The notes: a model not told the origin generated them from the sequence alone. Shown: positions 1-14,161, counted from the first letter of the stretch. The stretch is 64,000 nucleotides of DNA from the human T2T-CHM13v2.0 reference genome, Homo sapiens (GCF_009914755.1 NC_060933.1), one strand, 5' to 3'. A program made the numbers and translations.

Positions 1-312
1 TAACATGTAGCTGGTATAAAACAATGATTAATAAGATATTTTACCTTTTCATTTTTGCATACAAAATCTTTGAAATCCACTGTTTATTTAAAGCACATCA
101 CGTTTCTGCTAATAAATTGTTATTGGAAATACTTGATCTGTATTTAAATTTACAATTTAAAAAGCAGATTCTCATACCCATCTTAAGTTTTCTAATAATT
201 GATTTGAGTATTAGTTCTTAAGCTTAAATAAAAAATTGAGATAAGGTTGCAGTAGTCACATTTCAAGTATCTGGTAGCACATATATCCAGTGACAACTAT
301 GTGGATCAGTAG
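1..312. mobile_element. Degenerate hAT-Charlie DNA transposon relic (Charlie1/MER3/MER33-like end)
   Basis: gtagtcacatttcaagtatctggtagcacat...gtggatcagtag resembles the recalled MER3/MER33 terminus; left boundary uncertain. Confidence 0.45.
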
Positions 313-599
313 AAGTTTGGGGGATATAGAAACGAAGGTTTTCTAACTTTTAGCTTTCAAGGAGATTGTCCGGTTGGGAAAGCAAGATATGAAAAATAAA
401 TATGTCAAGAATATAATCCAAAACAATCTAATTAAGTGCTAGAAGTTTGCCATGGACAGACAAAGTGCTACTTGGGAAGGAAGTTCCAGAAACACCACAG
501 CTGGGTACATTCTTCACCACTCTGAGTGGTGGCAGTGACGCGTTGGCTTTGTGAGAATGGTGTGTCTTACTTGAGAAAGTGTGTGTGTTCTGCCTGCAG

Positions 600-688
600 G
601 CATGGGACTCGCTGTGCTGGAGAAGTGGCAGCCGCTGCAAACAATTCGCACTGCACAGTCGGAATTGCTTTCAACGCCAAGATCGGAG
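600..688 (+). CDS. PCSK5: PCSK5 internal coding exon (probably exon 6) with the catalytic His: [29 protein letters not shown]
   Basis: Acceptor tgcctgcag|G and donor G|GTATGG; 89 nt. HGTRCAGE is the kexin/furin-family His motif. The final G joins GA of the next exon to give Gly in frame. Confidence 0.96.
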
Positions 689-2594
689 GTATGGGAAACC
701 AACTCACGTGGATGTAGAAATGCGCCAGTTAGCTCTTTGGCTGACTGGCTTTCAGAATCCTTTTTAAATGGAGGTTAAACGATTGGGCATATCTCTACCT
801 AATAGTGTTCAACTATTGCTGGCCCCAACATGACCATGTTAGCATGCGCCTTTAAATACATTTAGTTAAAGACTTCTGAAGCAGTCACCCTAAAATATTG
901 TAAACACTTTTCTTTTAAACAGACTTGAAAAAAATGTTATCTAGTAGTGAAGATGGGGGTCATTGACATTTGTACCAAAATGCTACAATTGGTGCCTGGG
1001 TTAGAACGAACTAATAATATAAACATTAGGCCATAATATCTCTATGGAAAGAAGCATTTTGTAATTCTCTCAAAGTGGAAAATCCTGGTTTTTTGTTTTT
1101 GTTTTTTTTCCTTTGGCTTAGGCTTTTAAAAAGTTCCTTTTAATTGTAATTAAAATGATATATGGCAAAAATCTCCTTTTGTAATCCCATAATATAGTGA
1201 TACTATTTCCATGAATGATTCAGATTATATCTATATGCAGGCATGTATACGTAAAAACTCAATTATACATACACTTACTATAAGGACCCAGCCAAAGCAG
1301 TATAAATTTAAGCATTGATAAAAGCAAACTCTTAACTTTCCCATTTGTAATCATCTTTGTAAGCAACAGCCTGGTGCCACAGCCACACACAAATGGGAAG
1401 AAAATATTGTAATAGATTCTATGGATCCTCATGATTTTATCATTATGCCTGAAGGTATTCCCTAGGGGTCTCCTAAGAGCGTCATAAGATGAATGAAGCT
1501 CCTGGAACCAGATTGACCTCCTTGTTTCCAATGCATTATTTGTTTTCAAGTGGGAAATAGTGTTAGAACTAAAAAATAAAAATGACAATTCTTTCTAGGA
1601 TAGGAATATAAATATAGAGATTCCCTAACATGAAATATTTAAGGTATACAATAATAGAACTAAGAAAAGGCTTTCTGAAACTACCTTGAATATTGGTCCA
1701 TAGTGCATTTGACCTCTTTCTTTCCTTTTTCTCCCCCTGAATTCTTATGAGTATGATAGTTTGTTAAGCAGTAATTAATTAGCGGGGAGCATCTGCTATT
1801 TATTAAGCACAATGCATATGAAAGAGCTAAAGAAAAGAGGCAAAGAAAAAAATTCTTCGTTCCCTGAAGAATGATGAGTTTTGGAGGCCCCTCATCATCC
1901 CAAGAGAATTATATCAGAGGCGGCCAGGTCAGCCCTTCTCATGGTCCAGGATATAGTTTCTCGCATACACAGACACACAGCCCCAGGTTCTTATCAATAC
2001 TCTCCAGCACAAACCCAGAAATCTTAATAATTTTTAAAAAATGAGAGGATGAACTTGTGAACTCACAGATAAACCAATGACCTAGCTTACAGAACCTTAT
2101 TTAAAAAAAAAAAAAGGATATATGGCAACAAATCAAAAATGTTCTACAACAAGAACATTCTGAATAATAAATTTAACCCCCATACCCAAGGCATGAAGGC
2201 TTGGAGTTAAATGAGGAAAAAGCAGCCTTTTATCTTTAAACTTGACAAAGTAAAATTCTTTTTTTGTGAAATTTCTATTAGAAAATGAACATCACCCTCT
2301 AAGTATGATTTACAAGCATTTTTTCATGCATGACATAGAAACTGAATTCAAGTGTTATGTCCTACTCTCCTGTTGGCATTTAGAACACTAGTGAGCTTAT
2401 TTGGGGCAATTACTGTGTTTGTTTCAGACCTCATTGTACCAATAAAATAGTTTCATTTTATGCTTTTCAATAGAAAGTAAGAGGATGGAGTCGTTCATCT
2501 TTCTTTGCTAAGAAACATGCAGACAAATTTTGAATATTTAAATTAAATTAAACCAGTGTTACTCAGGATGCAGTACATCGAGATCATTATGTAG

Positions 2595-2943
<349 letters not shown>

Positions 2944-3029
2944 CCAAAATTTTTAATGGAACTTGTTCACAGCTTTCATTCTCCACCTCTCCTGTTAACA
3001 CACATCTCCATTAAAAATTCAAGAGTCTA

Positions 3030-3340
3030 GAAGAAAGACAGTCAAGAGACATTAACAACCAAATGCAATGTCTTTAGAGATACATGGAGGGGAATGGAAT
3101 GTTGGCTAGATGTTAGATGGCAGTGGGAACTTATGTCCCTATTTTTTGTAAAAATTTTTAAAGGATAAAGGGTCACATCTGTCATGGAATTTAAAATGGT
3201 TCAACCTAATATTTATATTTTTGGATTAAGAAAATGAGACAAAATGTTAACAGTTATTGAGTAGTGGCTATGTATATATATGTTCATTCTTCGTTCTTTC
3301 TATTTTTCTTTGTTTGAAAGTTTTATAATTAAAAGTTAAA
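3030..3340 (+). mobile_element. Old L1M (L1ME-like) 3' end fragment
   Basis: gacattaacaaccaaatgcaatg...aaaatgttaacagttattga...ctatttttctttgtttgaaa pattern typical of ancient L1 3' UTRs. Confidence 0.45.
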
Positions 3341-4369
3341 CATAGTTCCTTCAATAATATTTTTATTTCTACCAGTATTCCCACCTCAGTTCACATAGTC
3401 TCTATCTAAACCTGTTTGATGTGGGTTTTTATTATTTAATCCCCGTTTGTTGATAACCAATAAAAACTTAAAATCCTACTGATGACAAGGTTTTCCTAAG
3501 GATTAAATTTGGCCTGTAAAAATATAATTTTTAAATGATACAGTGTTTCAGTGATGGTGTTTAATTTAAACTGAAGGAGAGATATGTTTACTTAACAATT
3601 AGATGCTTGGTTGTGGTTGTTTTTATGAGCCTCCAAAATAGAAGGAAAAAAGGAAAGCCTGACATTTGGCATAGAATTTATTTCTGAGTATCTTAATGTC
3701 TCTTTTTGCAAAATAGGGTTAATAGTAAATTCCTATCTGTTTGATAGAAATATACTTAAATGAAGATTAATAACTAAACATTGCTAAAAACCCTTTGAGA
3801 ATTATTTGAAATGTTACATCCACAGAGATTATTCTTATTTATTATTTGACATAAATAACTTAGCAAAAAAAGAAACATGAAGTTCACATCAATCTTATGA
3901 TTAGGGGCTAATATTAAATATGGAGGATACGAGACCATCCTACCTTGGCAGCTTTCCAAATAGTATATGACTGCTAAGGTTAGATAGAATGTTTTATATC
4001 AATTATGAACACAAGTTATTCAATAAAGAGTTTAAGGGAGATGGATTGCTTGAAGATCTCTTTGTCAAGTACTCACTCAAGAGAGGGATGAGAAGGGAGA
4101 GACTGTGGCAGCTGTTATAAGGAAAGGAACCTTAGAAAAAGAAAATGGATTAAAAAAATTGAAGTTTTGCTCTTTTATATACAATATGACATCCTTTCTG
4201 CCCAAGATACTGCCTGCAAAGTATACATTATCCTTTTGCTGGGGGAAGATATGCTCACTTAAGTGTTGATTAAAAATGTATTCTTCCCCCCGAGAATCCT
4301 GCAGCTCTGTTCTTTGAGTGTTGTGTAGGGAAGCCCTGTAATGAGCTAGTTCTCCTTTCTGTGTTGAAG

Positions 4370-4542
4370 GAGTGCGAATGCTGGACGGAGATGTCACGGA
4401 CATGGTTGAAGCAAAATCAGTTAGCTTCAACCCCCAGCACGTGCACATTTACAGCGCCAGCTGGGGCCCGGATGATGATGGCAAGACTGTGGACGGACCA
4501 GCCCCCCTCACCCGGCAAGCCTTTGAAAACGGCGTTAGAATG
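4370..4542 (+). CDS. PCSK5: PCSK5 internal coding exon (probably exon 7): [57 protein letters not shown]
   Basis: Acceptor tctcctttctgtgttgaag|GA and donor ATG|GTAGGT; 173 nt. Contains the convertase signature [17 protein letters not shown]. Phase matches both neighbouring exons. Confidence 0.96.
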
Positions 4543-5279
4543 GTAGGTTTTAAAAGCATGGAGGCTTATACTGTGTGGATGGGTGATGATTCTCATATGA
4601 AGAATCTATGGGTTTCCAGCTGCAGTCTAGAGAACTGGATGGAGCTCCTAGGCTGAGCCAGCAGGTAGGCTAATGGAAAGAGGTGGTGAACATTTGGGAT
4701 TGTGAGTTATTTCTGTTCTGCCAGTGAACTAAGAGCTAGAGAGTTTCTTCTGAAGAGAACAGAGGTATGTTACAGTGCTTAAATTCTTTCAAAGAAAATA
4801 TATTAATACGTTAATCTTGCATTTGGAGAAATAAATTCTTAGGACTGTGAAATTGAGTGAAGATATTTAACACTCTCCAGGTAGCGTGAATACATTGCAT
4901 AGTGATGCCCCTTGGGGCATCTCCCTTTTTTAATACTTTCCCTAGTTTCTCTCACCTCTGTCCCAGGACAATATTATTTGTGTTCCAGCTCCTGATCGCT
5001 ACAACCAAGTAGCTTAATGCATCATTCTTTTCCTTAATTACACCAAAAAATTGATTGACCACTCTCCCACAAAAAACTAACCATATAATCTAATGTAATA
5101 AAATGTCTATTTCAAATTACAGATCTTAAGAAACCCTGTCTCATTTAAATTAAATTTTAAAAGTGAGGATACTAATCTTTGTAATCATGAAAGGAGGAGA
5201 GCTCCACCAGAAGTAATGTCTTTTTCTTATTCATGAATGGACCTTTGGGTGATTTAAAGCATACAGTTAGTCTTGTTCA

Positions 5280-5745
5280 TTTAAGGCCATTATTGATCTG
5301 GCCCTAACCTGCCTTTTCTTCTCCTCTCTTTTACTCCTTATAATGTAGACGTGCTCCACTCCTATCCATCAGCACAGAACGCTTTCCTTGTTCCTCCTGC
5401 ATAGCTCCCGTGCCCCATCCCCAAGTCCTCCCACTGTAAGCCAAATCCTGTTTGACCATCAAGCGCCAGCTAAAAAAGGTTCACGTCTTCCCAGAAGCCT
5501 TCTCACTGCCCAAACTGGAATTAACTATAAACAGCCCCTACCTATGCTTTATATTCTTACTAGCGTTACATAGAGTTCTTATCATATTGTGCTTTATATC
5601 AGAGTTAGTTCTGGGTATATCTTCCTTACTAAATTGCGAGTTCCTAGAGAGCAGCACTTGTGCTCCACACATCTTCATGGGCTTTGCAAAACCTAGACAG
5701 TGCATTGCATTCTAGTGAGTATTCAATGAAAGTTATTGAATCAAA
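5280..5745 (+). mobile_element. L2 3' fragment
   Basis: aaggcc...tgatctggcccta...gagttcctagagagcag...cctagacagtgc...tcaatgaaagttattgaat, an L2-type 3' end. Confidence 0.55.
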
Positions 5746-7146
5746 TTTAATTAACTACAAATGATGCGAACCACAGGGTTGTTAAATATCCAGCTCAGAT
5801 ACTTACAGTGGAATGCATTGTTGATTAATGTAATGTTGCAGCTGGAGTAAAAATAATAACGATTTGCCCACATCTTCGTGGGATTTTTGTTAGGGTTTTA
5901 ATAGAAGACTGTGCTAAGCTGTCTTCTAATTATTCAGAAATAGACTGGAGGATAAAATTATATACTTATTTTGTAGGTACTTCCTAGCTGAATGATAGTT
6001 CAGGTTTGGTTAAAACATTCACTTTTTTTAGCTCTTTGTCAATTTTCAGCTTCCTATATTAGAGTCTTTTAAACCTTAGGTAATGTTTTAACTCATTGTC
6101 TAGAAGTTTTCTTTCAAGGTGCCTTAACAGCAAATGAATATATTCTATGTAATCTGGTGATTTCATTACTGAAGCCACAGACTACAAATTGCTATGATCT
6201 CTATGTTTTCAATAGAATGATCATTCAAATTCAGTAAACCAAACACTGTTCATATTTAATCATAAAATTATATGTATATGGCTCTTATAATAAAGAGCAA
6301 TCTGGACTTTCTCATTAATCTGAAAATACTTAAATTAGTAATACACATAACCTCATGAATGCGCATATATATATATAAAGAATGCCCCATATTCAATAGC
6401 TGGTTTTACTAACAGACTAGTAGGCGTGTCACTGAAGCAGAACACATGAACCAACAATTTTCAAATTTATTTTTGCTGGGGAGTCTTTCATTCAGTGGAA
6501 ATCTTAACTGGAAGCTTAGTGTGTAAAAAATTAAAAATATGGTACTTTGGTTAAAAGAAGAGTAAAAAGGGGTTAAGATTAGAAACAAAATCACCTGAGA
6601 AAATTATTCCAACACATGAGGAAGATTATATTTAGAAATAATTTGGAGGAAATTTACTTTATATTCATTATTAATTATGAAAGTAAACTATGCTTATTGG
6701 ATAGATTATACACAAATGAGTGTAAAGATGAACTTAATAGATTTCCCCACCCAACTGGGTAACCACTGTTAAGAGTATAAGCTACATGTTTCCATACTCT
6801 TGTGCATATTAACATGCAAACAGAGATTATATACCTCTGCACATTACTATTTGAACCTAACGGTCTACCCTAGGCATCTTTCTGGGGCAACCCTTAAGAA
6901 TAGAACTCATTTATTTTATTTGTTTCAAAATTTTTAGAGTATAGAGATACCATAATTAATTCAACATTCCATTGAAGATCTTCCAAGGTTTTACTTAGGG
7001 AAAAAAAGGAATTCAGTTTTAAATCAAACCATTTGCTTTTAGAGTTGAGGTAGTAACAAAAGAAATAACTATCAATAAGAACAGATTGTTTTTTGGCTCA
7101 TAGCATTGCACATCTAAATATGGAAAAACTGTGGTGATGCATTTAA

Positions 7147-7211
7147 ATGTGATGAGGTCAAGAAGATAGTGTTTTCATGTGATGAGGTCAAGAAGATCGT
7201 GTTTTCATGTG
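7147..7211. repeat. 30-bp tandem duplication (2.2 copies)
   Basis: ATGTGATGAGGTCAAGAAGAT(A/C)GTGTTTTC at 7147-7176 and 7177-7206, then ATGTG; one mismatch. Confidence 0.95.
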
Positions 7212-7224
7212 TTTAATACAAATA

Positions 7225-7425
7225 GGCTTTCAGGTTAGGCTAGGATTGAGTCCAATATTTGCCATTTACTTCTCTCTAACCTTATGTAGATCAAATTACC
7301 TCTCTGCTTCCATTTTCTCATCTAAGGTAGGGCACTAATAGTACTCACAGAGATGTTATAAATGCAAAATGAGATGATAATGCATATAAAGCAACTAGTA
7401 TAATACCTGCAATATAATAAATGCA
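7225..7425 (+). mobile_element. MIR relic
   Basis: Degenerate MIR core: ccattttctcatctaaggtaggg...aaatgagatgataatgcatataaagca. Confidence 0.6.
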
Positions 7426-7565
7426 TTTTATTTTTCAGAGAAAAGATCATGTCCTCCTATAAAACTATTTAAATTTGTCCTCAGTCCATCATCCTTCTCT
7501 CCTATACCATTTCCACAGTGCCTAGTTCCTGATAATTCCAGTAAGTTACCTGTTGGGGTAGATTA

Positions 7566-7902
<337 letters not shown>

Positions 7903-8469
7903 TCAACGTAGCCTTCCTGAGCTCTGTAGTGTCATTTATTTTGTTCTTCCTATGTCTGTACAAACCTTCAATTTCACTTGCCTTTAAAAGCGTATCTTCA
8001 ATTTCAGTGAGATAGCCTCTGGATATGTAAATTCAGTCTAGTTATCCGTGTTTGTAGTCCTGAATTTTGTTTGTATTTTCCCAAAGGATGTTCCTCTAAA
8101 TATCTATTAATATATAATTTAATATTTTAAGCAGTATATTTCTCTTTTCCAGGTTAAATAAATCTTTCTTGGGGCATCAAGTGAGACAGGAAATTTTACA
8201 TTCTTTGATAGTATTATCATTTGTATTTTTGTGTCACACACATTGTCAAAGATAAAGAAAATAATTGAATAAAAACTTAATACAATATTAGATTATAGGG
8301 TACAACAAAGAAATAAATGTGATTTATTGGCTTAATTATTTAAGGAATGAAGAAATAAATGACTGATAAAATAATTCCTTCAGTTAGCTGGCTGAAAACC
8401 TATGCAGCAGCCTAAAGTCATTCTGGCCTATTGGGGTTTATCATCTACAAAAATGTAGGGATTGGAATT

Positions 8470-9170
8470 TATTTATTCATCATATTAAGCTTAGCGAGCT
8501 CCCACTTTCTATATGCTGTAGATAAAGGGGTGAAAAAGACGTCTGCATCTTCTATGTAATACATAAAAGTTCCTACATTCTAGCAACAAAACAGGAAACA
8601 AGGATAGAAATAATCAAGACTATTTCAGCTCAGGGTAAGTGTATGAATAAAAGTAAAGTGATTTCTGCTGAGGGAAAGCACAGCTGCCTTAGTTAGGGAA
8701 GACAGAACATCCTCTTTGAGGAGGTGATATTTGAACAGAGACATAAATGATAACAAGCCCATCATATGAAGAACTATTATATGCAGAAGGAACAGAAAGA
8801 GCAAAGAACCCCAGGTAGGGAAAGATTTAGGTGTATTTCCAGAACACAATACTAATGTAGGTGCTGGGGGCAAGGTGGAACAGGAAGAGGGCCAAGGGAG
8901 ATGTGTTGGAGGGGAAGGCAGGGGCCAGCTCAGCAAGGCTTTCTAAATCATGGTGGGCCTGTGAATTGTGTTCTGTTATAGGAAGCCATGAAAGACTAAA
9001 CAGAATTGTGGCCTGACCTTATACAATTTTAAAAGATCACTGCTGTGTAAACAGTAACTGTATGTGGGGTGAGAGATGAAGAGGCATGACTGGAAGATTG
9101 AAGTGGTCCAGGAGAGTGTTGGACCAGGGTGGCAGCAGCATCAAGACCATCAAAGAGATCAGGCAGCAAT
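8470..9170 (-). mobile_element. L2 fragment
   Basis: gaggaggtgatatttgaacagagac...aggaacagaaagagcaaag...ttttaaaagatcactgctgtgt, characteristic of antisense L2. Confidence 0.6.
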
Positions 9171-11148
9171 AGATAAGCCCAAGTATCAAGAGAGATTTTC
9201 ACAGAGGAAATAAATACATTTTGCTCAGGGAGTCCAAGTATTGATTGCATCCATTCTTTCTGCAAGCTAATGAAAAAATGTAGCAAATATTGAATTTCAA
9301 AATGCTCCCTACTTGTTTACTATAAGATAAGCATTTGGCTCAAAGAATGTAATACTGTTTTCAGAGACTTTAACAAATCAGAATTGATTCAATTTATAGC
9401 CCTTTTAGAATTAATGTGGCAAAATTACATTAGAGAAACTATGTTAAACAAACCTTGTCACAGTTGACAATGTGCTCTTTCTTCTAAGGAGCTATAAAAT
9501 TAAGTGCAAGAGTTAGAGTTATATAATTTGGGCTGCATACAATTAATAGTAATAATAATAATAGCAACATGAATATTTAACATTTTACCCAGTTTATTAT
9601 ACTATAGTCATCTTCTGGGACTTAAAATAAATAACATTTAATCTTCATGATGATCTCAAAAGATAGGTACTGTTTTTCCCAATTTATAGGGAGAAAAAAC
9701 AGAAATTCAGCCTAGCCAAAGAAGACAAAACATAGGCTTCAAAGAAATCTGGTAAATTCTGTTACATGTTGTCATTTTGATTTTATTTGGCACACCTGAC
9801 CTTCCATCTTTATCTGTGGCCACATACTCTAGCTTTTCTTCTGTTACTATGGTGAATTAATCGTTCATCTTCCACCTAAGGCCACCTCCTCCATTTGTTC
9901 ACTGGACCTTACCCCATGTCACCCCATCAAAGTTCTGCCTCAAAAAAATTGTTTTATCATCAAAATTTCTCTCTCAACTCTATTGTTACCATCAATATCC
10001 ATTTGTACTGTTCATCCTCCTGTCTTAAAAGAACAAGAGGAGACTCCTTCTTTGGTCTTTTTAAAAATAATCTCAACTTTATTTTAGATTCAGGGGTACA
10101 TGTGCAGGTTTGTTACGTGGGTAAATTGTGTGATGCTGAGGCTCACCCAGGTAGTGAGTATAGTACCCAGCAGCTAGTTTTTCAACCCATCCACCCCTTC
10201 CTCTCTCCCCTCCCCATAGTCTGCAGTGTCTGTTGTTCCCATCATTATGTCCATGAGTACCTAATGTTTAGCTCCCACTTATAAGTGAGAGCATGCAGTA
10301 TTTGATTTTCTGTCCCTGTGTTAATTTGCTTAGGATAATAGCCTCCAACTGTATCCATGTTGCTACAAAGGACATGGTTTTATTCTTTTTCATGGCTGTG
10401 TAGTATTCCATGGTGTATGTGTACCACATTTTCTTTATCCAATCCACCATTGATTGGGCACCTAGGTTGATTCCATGTCTTCACTATTGTGAACAGCACT
10501 ACAATGAACATATGAGTGCTTGTGTCTTTTTGGTAGAACAATTTATTTGCTTTTGGATACATACCCAGTAATGGAATTGCTAGGTTGAACGGTAGCTCTG
10601 TTTTAAGTTCTTTGAGAAGTCTCCAGACTGCCTTCCACAGATGGTATCCTATAGTGGTTTTGATTTACATTTCTCTGATGATTAGTGATGTGGAAAATTT
10701 TTTCATATTTGTTGTCTGCATGTATGTCCTCTATTGAGAAGCGTCTGTTCATGTCTTTTGCGCATTTGTTAATGGGGTTGTTTTTTGATTGTTGAATTGT
10801 TTAAGTTCCTTATAGATCCTGGATATTAGACTTTTGTTGGATGTGTAGTTTGTGAATATGTTCTCCCATTCTGTAGGTTATTTATTGATAATTTCTTTTG
10901 CTGTGCAGAAGCTTTTTAGTTTAATTAGACCCAACTTATCAACTTTTGTTTCTGTCACAATTGCTTTTGAGAACCTGGTCACAAATTCTTTCCCAAGACC
11001 CATATCCAAAATGGCATTTCCTAGATTTTCCTCTAGGATTCTTATAGCTTGAGGTCTTACATTTAAATCTTTAATCCATCCTGAGTTAATTTTTGTATAT
11101 GGTGAAAGGTAGGGGTCCAGTTTCATTCTTCTGTATAAGACTAGCCAG

Positions 11149-11238
11149 TTATCCCAGCACTATTTATTGAATAGGGAGTCCTTTCTCTATTACTTATCCC
11201 AGCGCCATTTATTGAATAAGGAGTCCTTTCTCTATTGC
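11149..11238. repeat. 45-bp tandem duplication inside the L1
   Basis: TTATCCCAGC...CTTTCTCTATT(A/G)C at 11149-11193 and 11194-11238; 4 mismatches. Confidence 0.9.
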
Positions 11239-11746
11239 TATTTTTTTGGTTGACTTTGTTGAAAATCAGATTGCTGTAGATGTGTGGCTTTATTTCTGGA
11301 TTCTCTATTATATTTTATTGGTCTACATGTCTGTTTATGTACCAATGTCATGCTGTTTTGGTTACTGTAGGCTTTTAGTATAGTTTATACCAAGTAATGT
11401 AATGCCTCTGGCTTTGTTCTTTTTGCTTAGGATCACTTTGGCCATTCGGACTCTTTTTTGGTTCCATGTGAATTTTAGAATAGTTTTTACTAGTTCTGTG
11501 AAAAATGACATTGATAGTTTGTTAGGAAAAGCATTGAATCTATAGATTTCTCTGGGCAGTGTGGCCATTTTAACAATATTGATTCTTCCAATTCATGAGC
11601 ATGGAATGTTTTTTCTATTTGTTTGTGTCATCTCTGATTTCTTTTAGCAGTGTTTTCTCTTCTTCTTGTAGACATCTTTCACGTCCTTGGTTAGACGCAT
11701 CCTTAGGTATTTATTATGTGTGTGTGGCTAGTGTGGATGGATTGCA

Positions 11747-12081
11747 TTTTTTTTTTTAAATCGAGATGGAGTTCACCCTGTCACCCAGGTTGGAGTGCAG
11801 TGGCGTGCGTGATCTTGGCTCACTGCAACCTCCGCCTCTGGGGTTCAAATGATTCTCCTGCCTCAGACTCCCAAGTAGCTGGGACTACAGGTGCGCACTA
11901 CCGTGCCCAGCTAATTTTTGTATTTTTAGTAGAGATCCCCATCTCTACTAAAAATACAAAAATTAGCTGGGCATGTTTCACCATGTTGGCCGGGTTGGTC
12001 TCGAACTGCTGACCTCAGGTGATCTGCCCGCCTTGGCCTCCCAAGTGCTGGGATTACAGGCATGAGCCACCACAACCGGCC
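11747..12081 (-). mobile_element. AluS inserted in the L1, carrying an internal inverted duplication
   Basis: Poly-T then dimer; TSD GATTGCATT at 11740-11748 and 12083-12091. An extra opposite-orientation segment lies at 11937-11974. Confidence 0.93.
11904..11973. repeat. Perfect inverted repeat, 33-bp arms with 4-nt CCCC spacer
   Basis: TGCCCAGCTAATTTTTGTATTTTTAGTAGAGAT-cccc-ATCTCTACTAAAAATACAAAAATTAGCTGGGCA. Confidence 0.97.
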
Positions 12082-13239
12082 AGATTGCATTCTTTATATG
12101 GTTCTCAACTTGAACATTATTGGTGTATAGAAATGCTACTGATTTTCGTGCGTTGGTTTTATATCTTGGAGCTTCACTGAAGTTGTTTATTGGTTTCAGG
12201 AGCCATTCAGTGGAGTCTTCAGGGTTTTCCAAGTCTAGAATCGTATCATCAGCAAGGAGAAATAGTTTGACTTCTTTTCCTACTTGGATGCTTTTTATTT
12301 CTTTCTCTTGTCTGATTGCTCTGGCAAGGACTTCCAGTACTGTGTTGAATAGGAGTGTTGAGAGTGGGCATTCCCTGTCTTGTTTCGGTTCTCAAGGGGA
12401 ATGGTTCCAGCTTTTGACTGTTCAGTGCCTTGTTGGCTGTGAGTTTGTCATAGATGGCTCTTATTATTTTGAGGTAAGTTCCTTTGATGCCTAGTCTGTT
12501 GAGGGTTTTTATTATGAAGGGATGTTGGATTATATTGAAATATTTTTCTGTCTCTATTGAGTTAATCATGTAGGTTTTGCTTTTAATTATATTTATGTGG
12601 TAAATCACATTTATTGATTTGCATGCTTGAACCAGCCTTGCATCCCAACTTGATCATGGTATATTAGCTTTGATGTGCTGCTGGATTCAGTTTCTTATGT
12701 CCTCCCTAATACTGCCTCATTTCTCCTTTTTTTCCCTTTAAAATGAGATTCCCTGAAGCCGTTGTCCCACCTTGCCATCCTCCAACTTTCTTTTTCCATT
12801 ATCTCTTGAAGGCACTGCTTCAGGACTCCACCCCAGCAATCCACTGAAGCTGCTTTTTGACAAGGTCACAGTGACCCTGTATACAAAACCCCATGCTTCT
12901 CTGAGCTCTCATCTAACTTGTCTTTTTAAAAGGCTTCGCTGGTTTTCCCTATATACAATATGACACACACGCACTCCAGCCCTTCAGAATCCCTTCTTTG
13001 TAATTATTATACCTCCTTCTATTGATTATTTCTACTGATCTCATTGTCTCTTCGATGCTTGTACCCAAGTACCCACAATAGTATCTGGCACTCAGCAGGG
13101 GTTTAGTGAAGAAAGGATGAATGAGTGAATGAATTTATAAATGACTTCCATGCCAATTTGATGCATGTACTGAGATAATTTACTTAAGGATCACACTGGT
13201 ATTATTTTTGCTTAATATTCTAGAAATGTTATAAACATA

Positions 13240-13490
13240 CATGGTGTAGTATGGTGGTTAAAGTACCCAGACCCTGGATTTGGAAATATGAATTCCAGTA
13301 CTTTTGTGTCATGTTCAGGTTAATTAGCCTCTCTGAGGATCAGTTTGTTTCTATATTAAAATGGAGCTAAATGCTAGTAAATGCTTTATAGTAATGTTGT
13401 AAGGATTATATGATTAATTCCTGTAAAATATTCAGCAGAGCTCCTGTAACAATGTAAAGTCTCTAAATACGTTATGAATCTTAGTCATTA
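13240..13490 (+). mobile_element. MIR relic
   Basis: tggtgtagtatggtggttaaag...ctctctgaggatcagtttg...aaaatggagcta...gttgtaaggatta. Confidence 0.6.
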
Positions 13491-13815
13491 TCACTATTTA
13501 AAATGGGCAAAGGTAATAAAAACAAAATACTGACTAATCATGCAAAATACCATAAAATTTTTATTGTTCTAAATCTCATGTTGCTGAGTAACCCTTACAG
13601 AAGGTCATTATATAATCTTGAGATTATTATAAAATAATGACCTATGTAAGTGGGAAAAATATCAAAGATAATATTTTCTAAAGTATATGGCATAAACCAC
13701 TAATTTAATAAAATGATAGGCAAAAGGGGTTGGGGGTAGAGAGGTTTTATTGTCAAGTATACTTAAGAAACACCACTTATTATATGCTCCTTTTGAAGAT
13801 TTAAAAGCATATTAA

Positions 13816-14161
<346 letters not shown>

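Larger units (their letters stand above)
10055..12693 (-). mobile_element. 5'-truncated primate L1 (L1PB or old L1PA): 3' UTR plus decayed ORF2 C-terminal part, interrupted by an Alu
   Basis: Minus-strand ORF fragments ([49 protein letters not shown]) are L1 ORF2p-like with stops and frameshifts; L1 3' end ggggtacatgtgcaggtttgttac. Confidence 0.93.

Noticed and set aside
7149-7185. GTGATGA box C motifs as a C/D snoRNA
   Set aside because: No suitably placed CTGA box D or terminal stem; the motif repeats only because of the tandem duplication.
10268-12608. Minus-strand ORFs as an antisense protein-coding gene
   Set aside because: They are fragmented L1 ORF2 remnants with stops, frameshifts and an Alu insertion.
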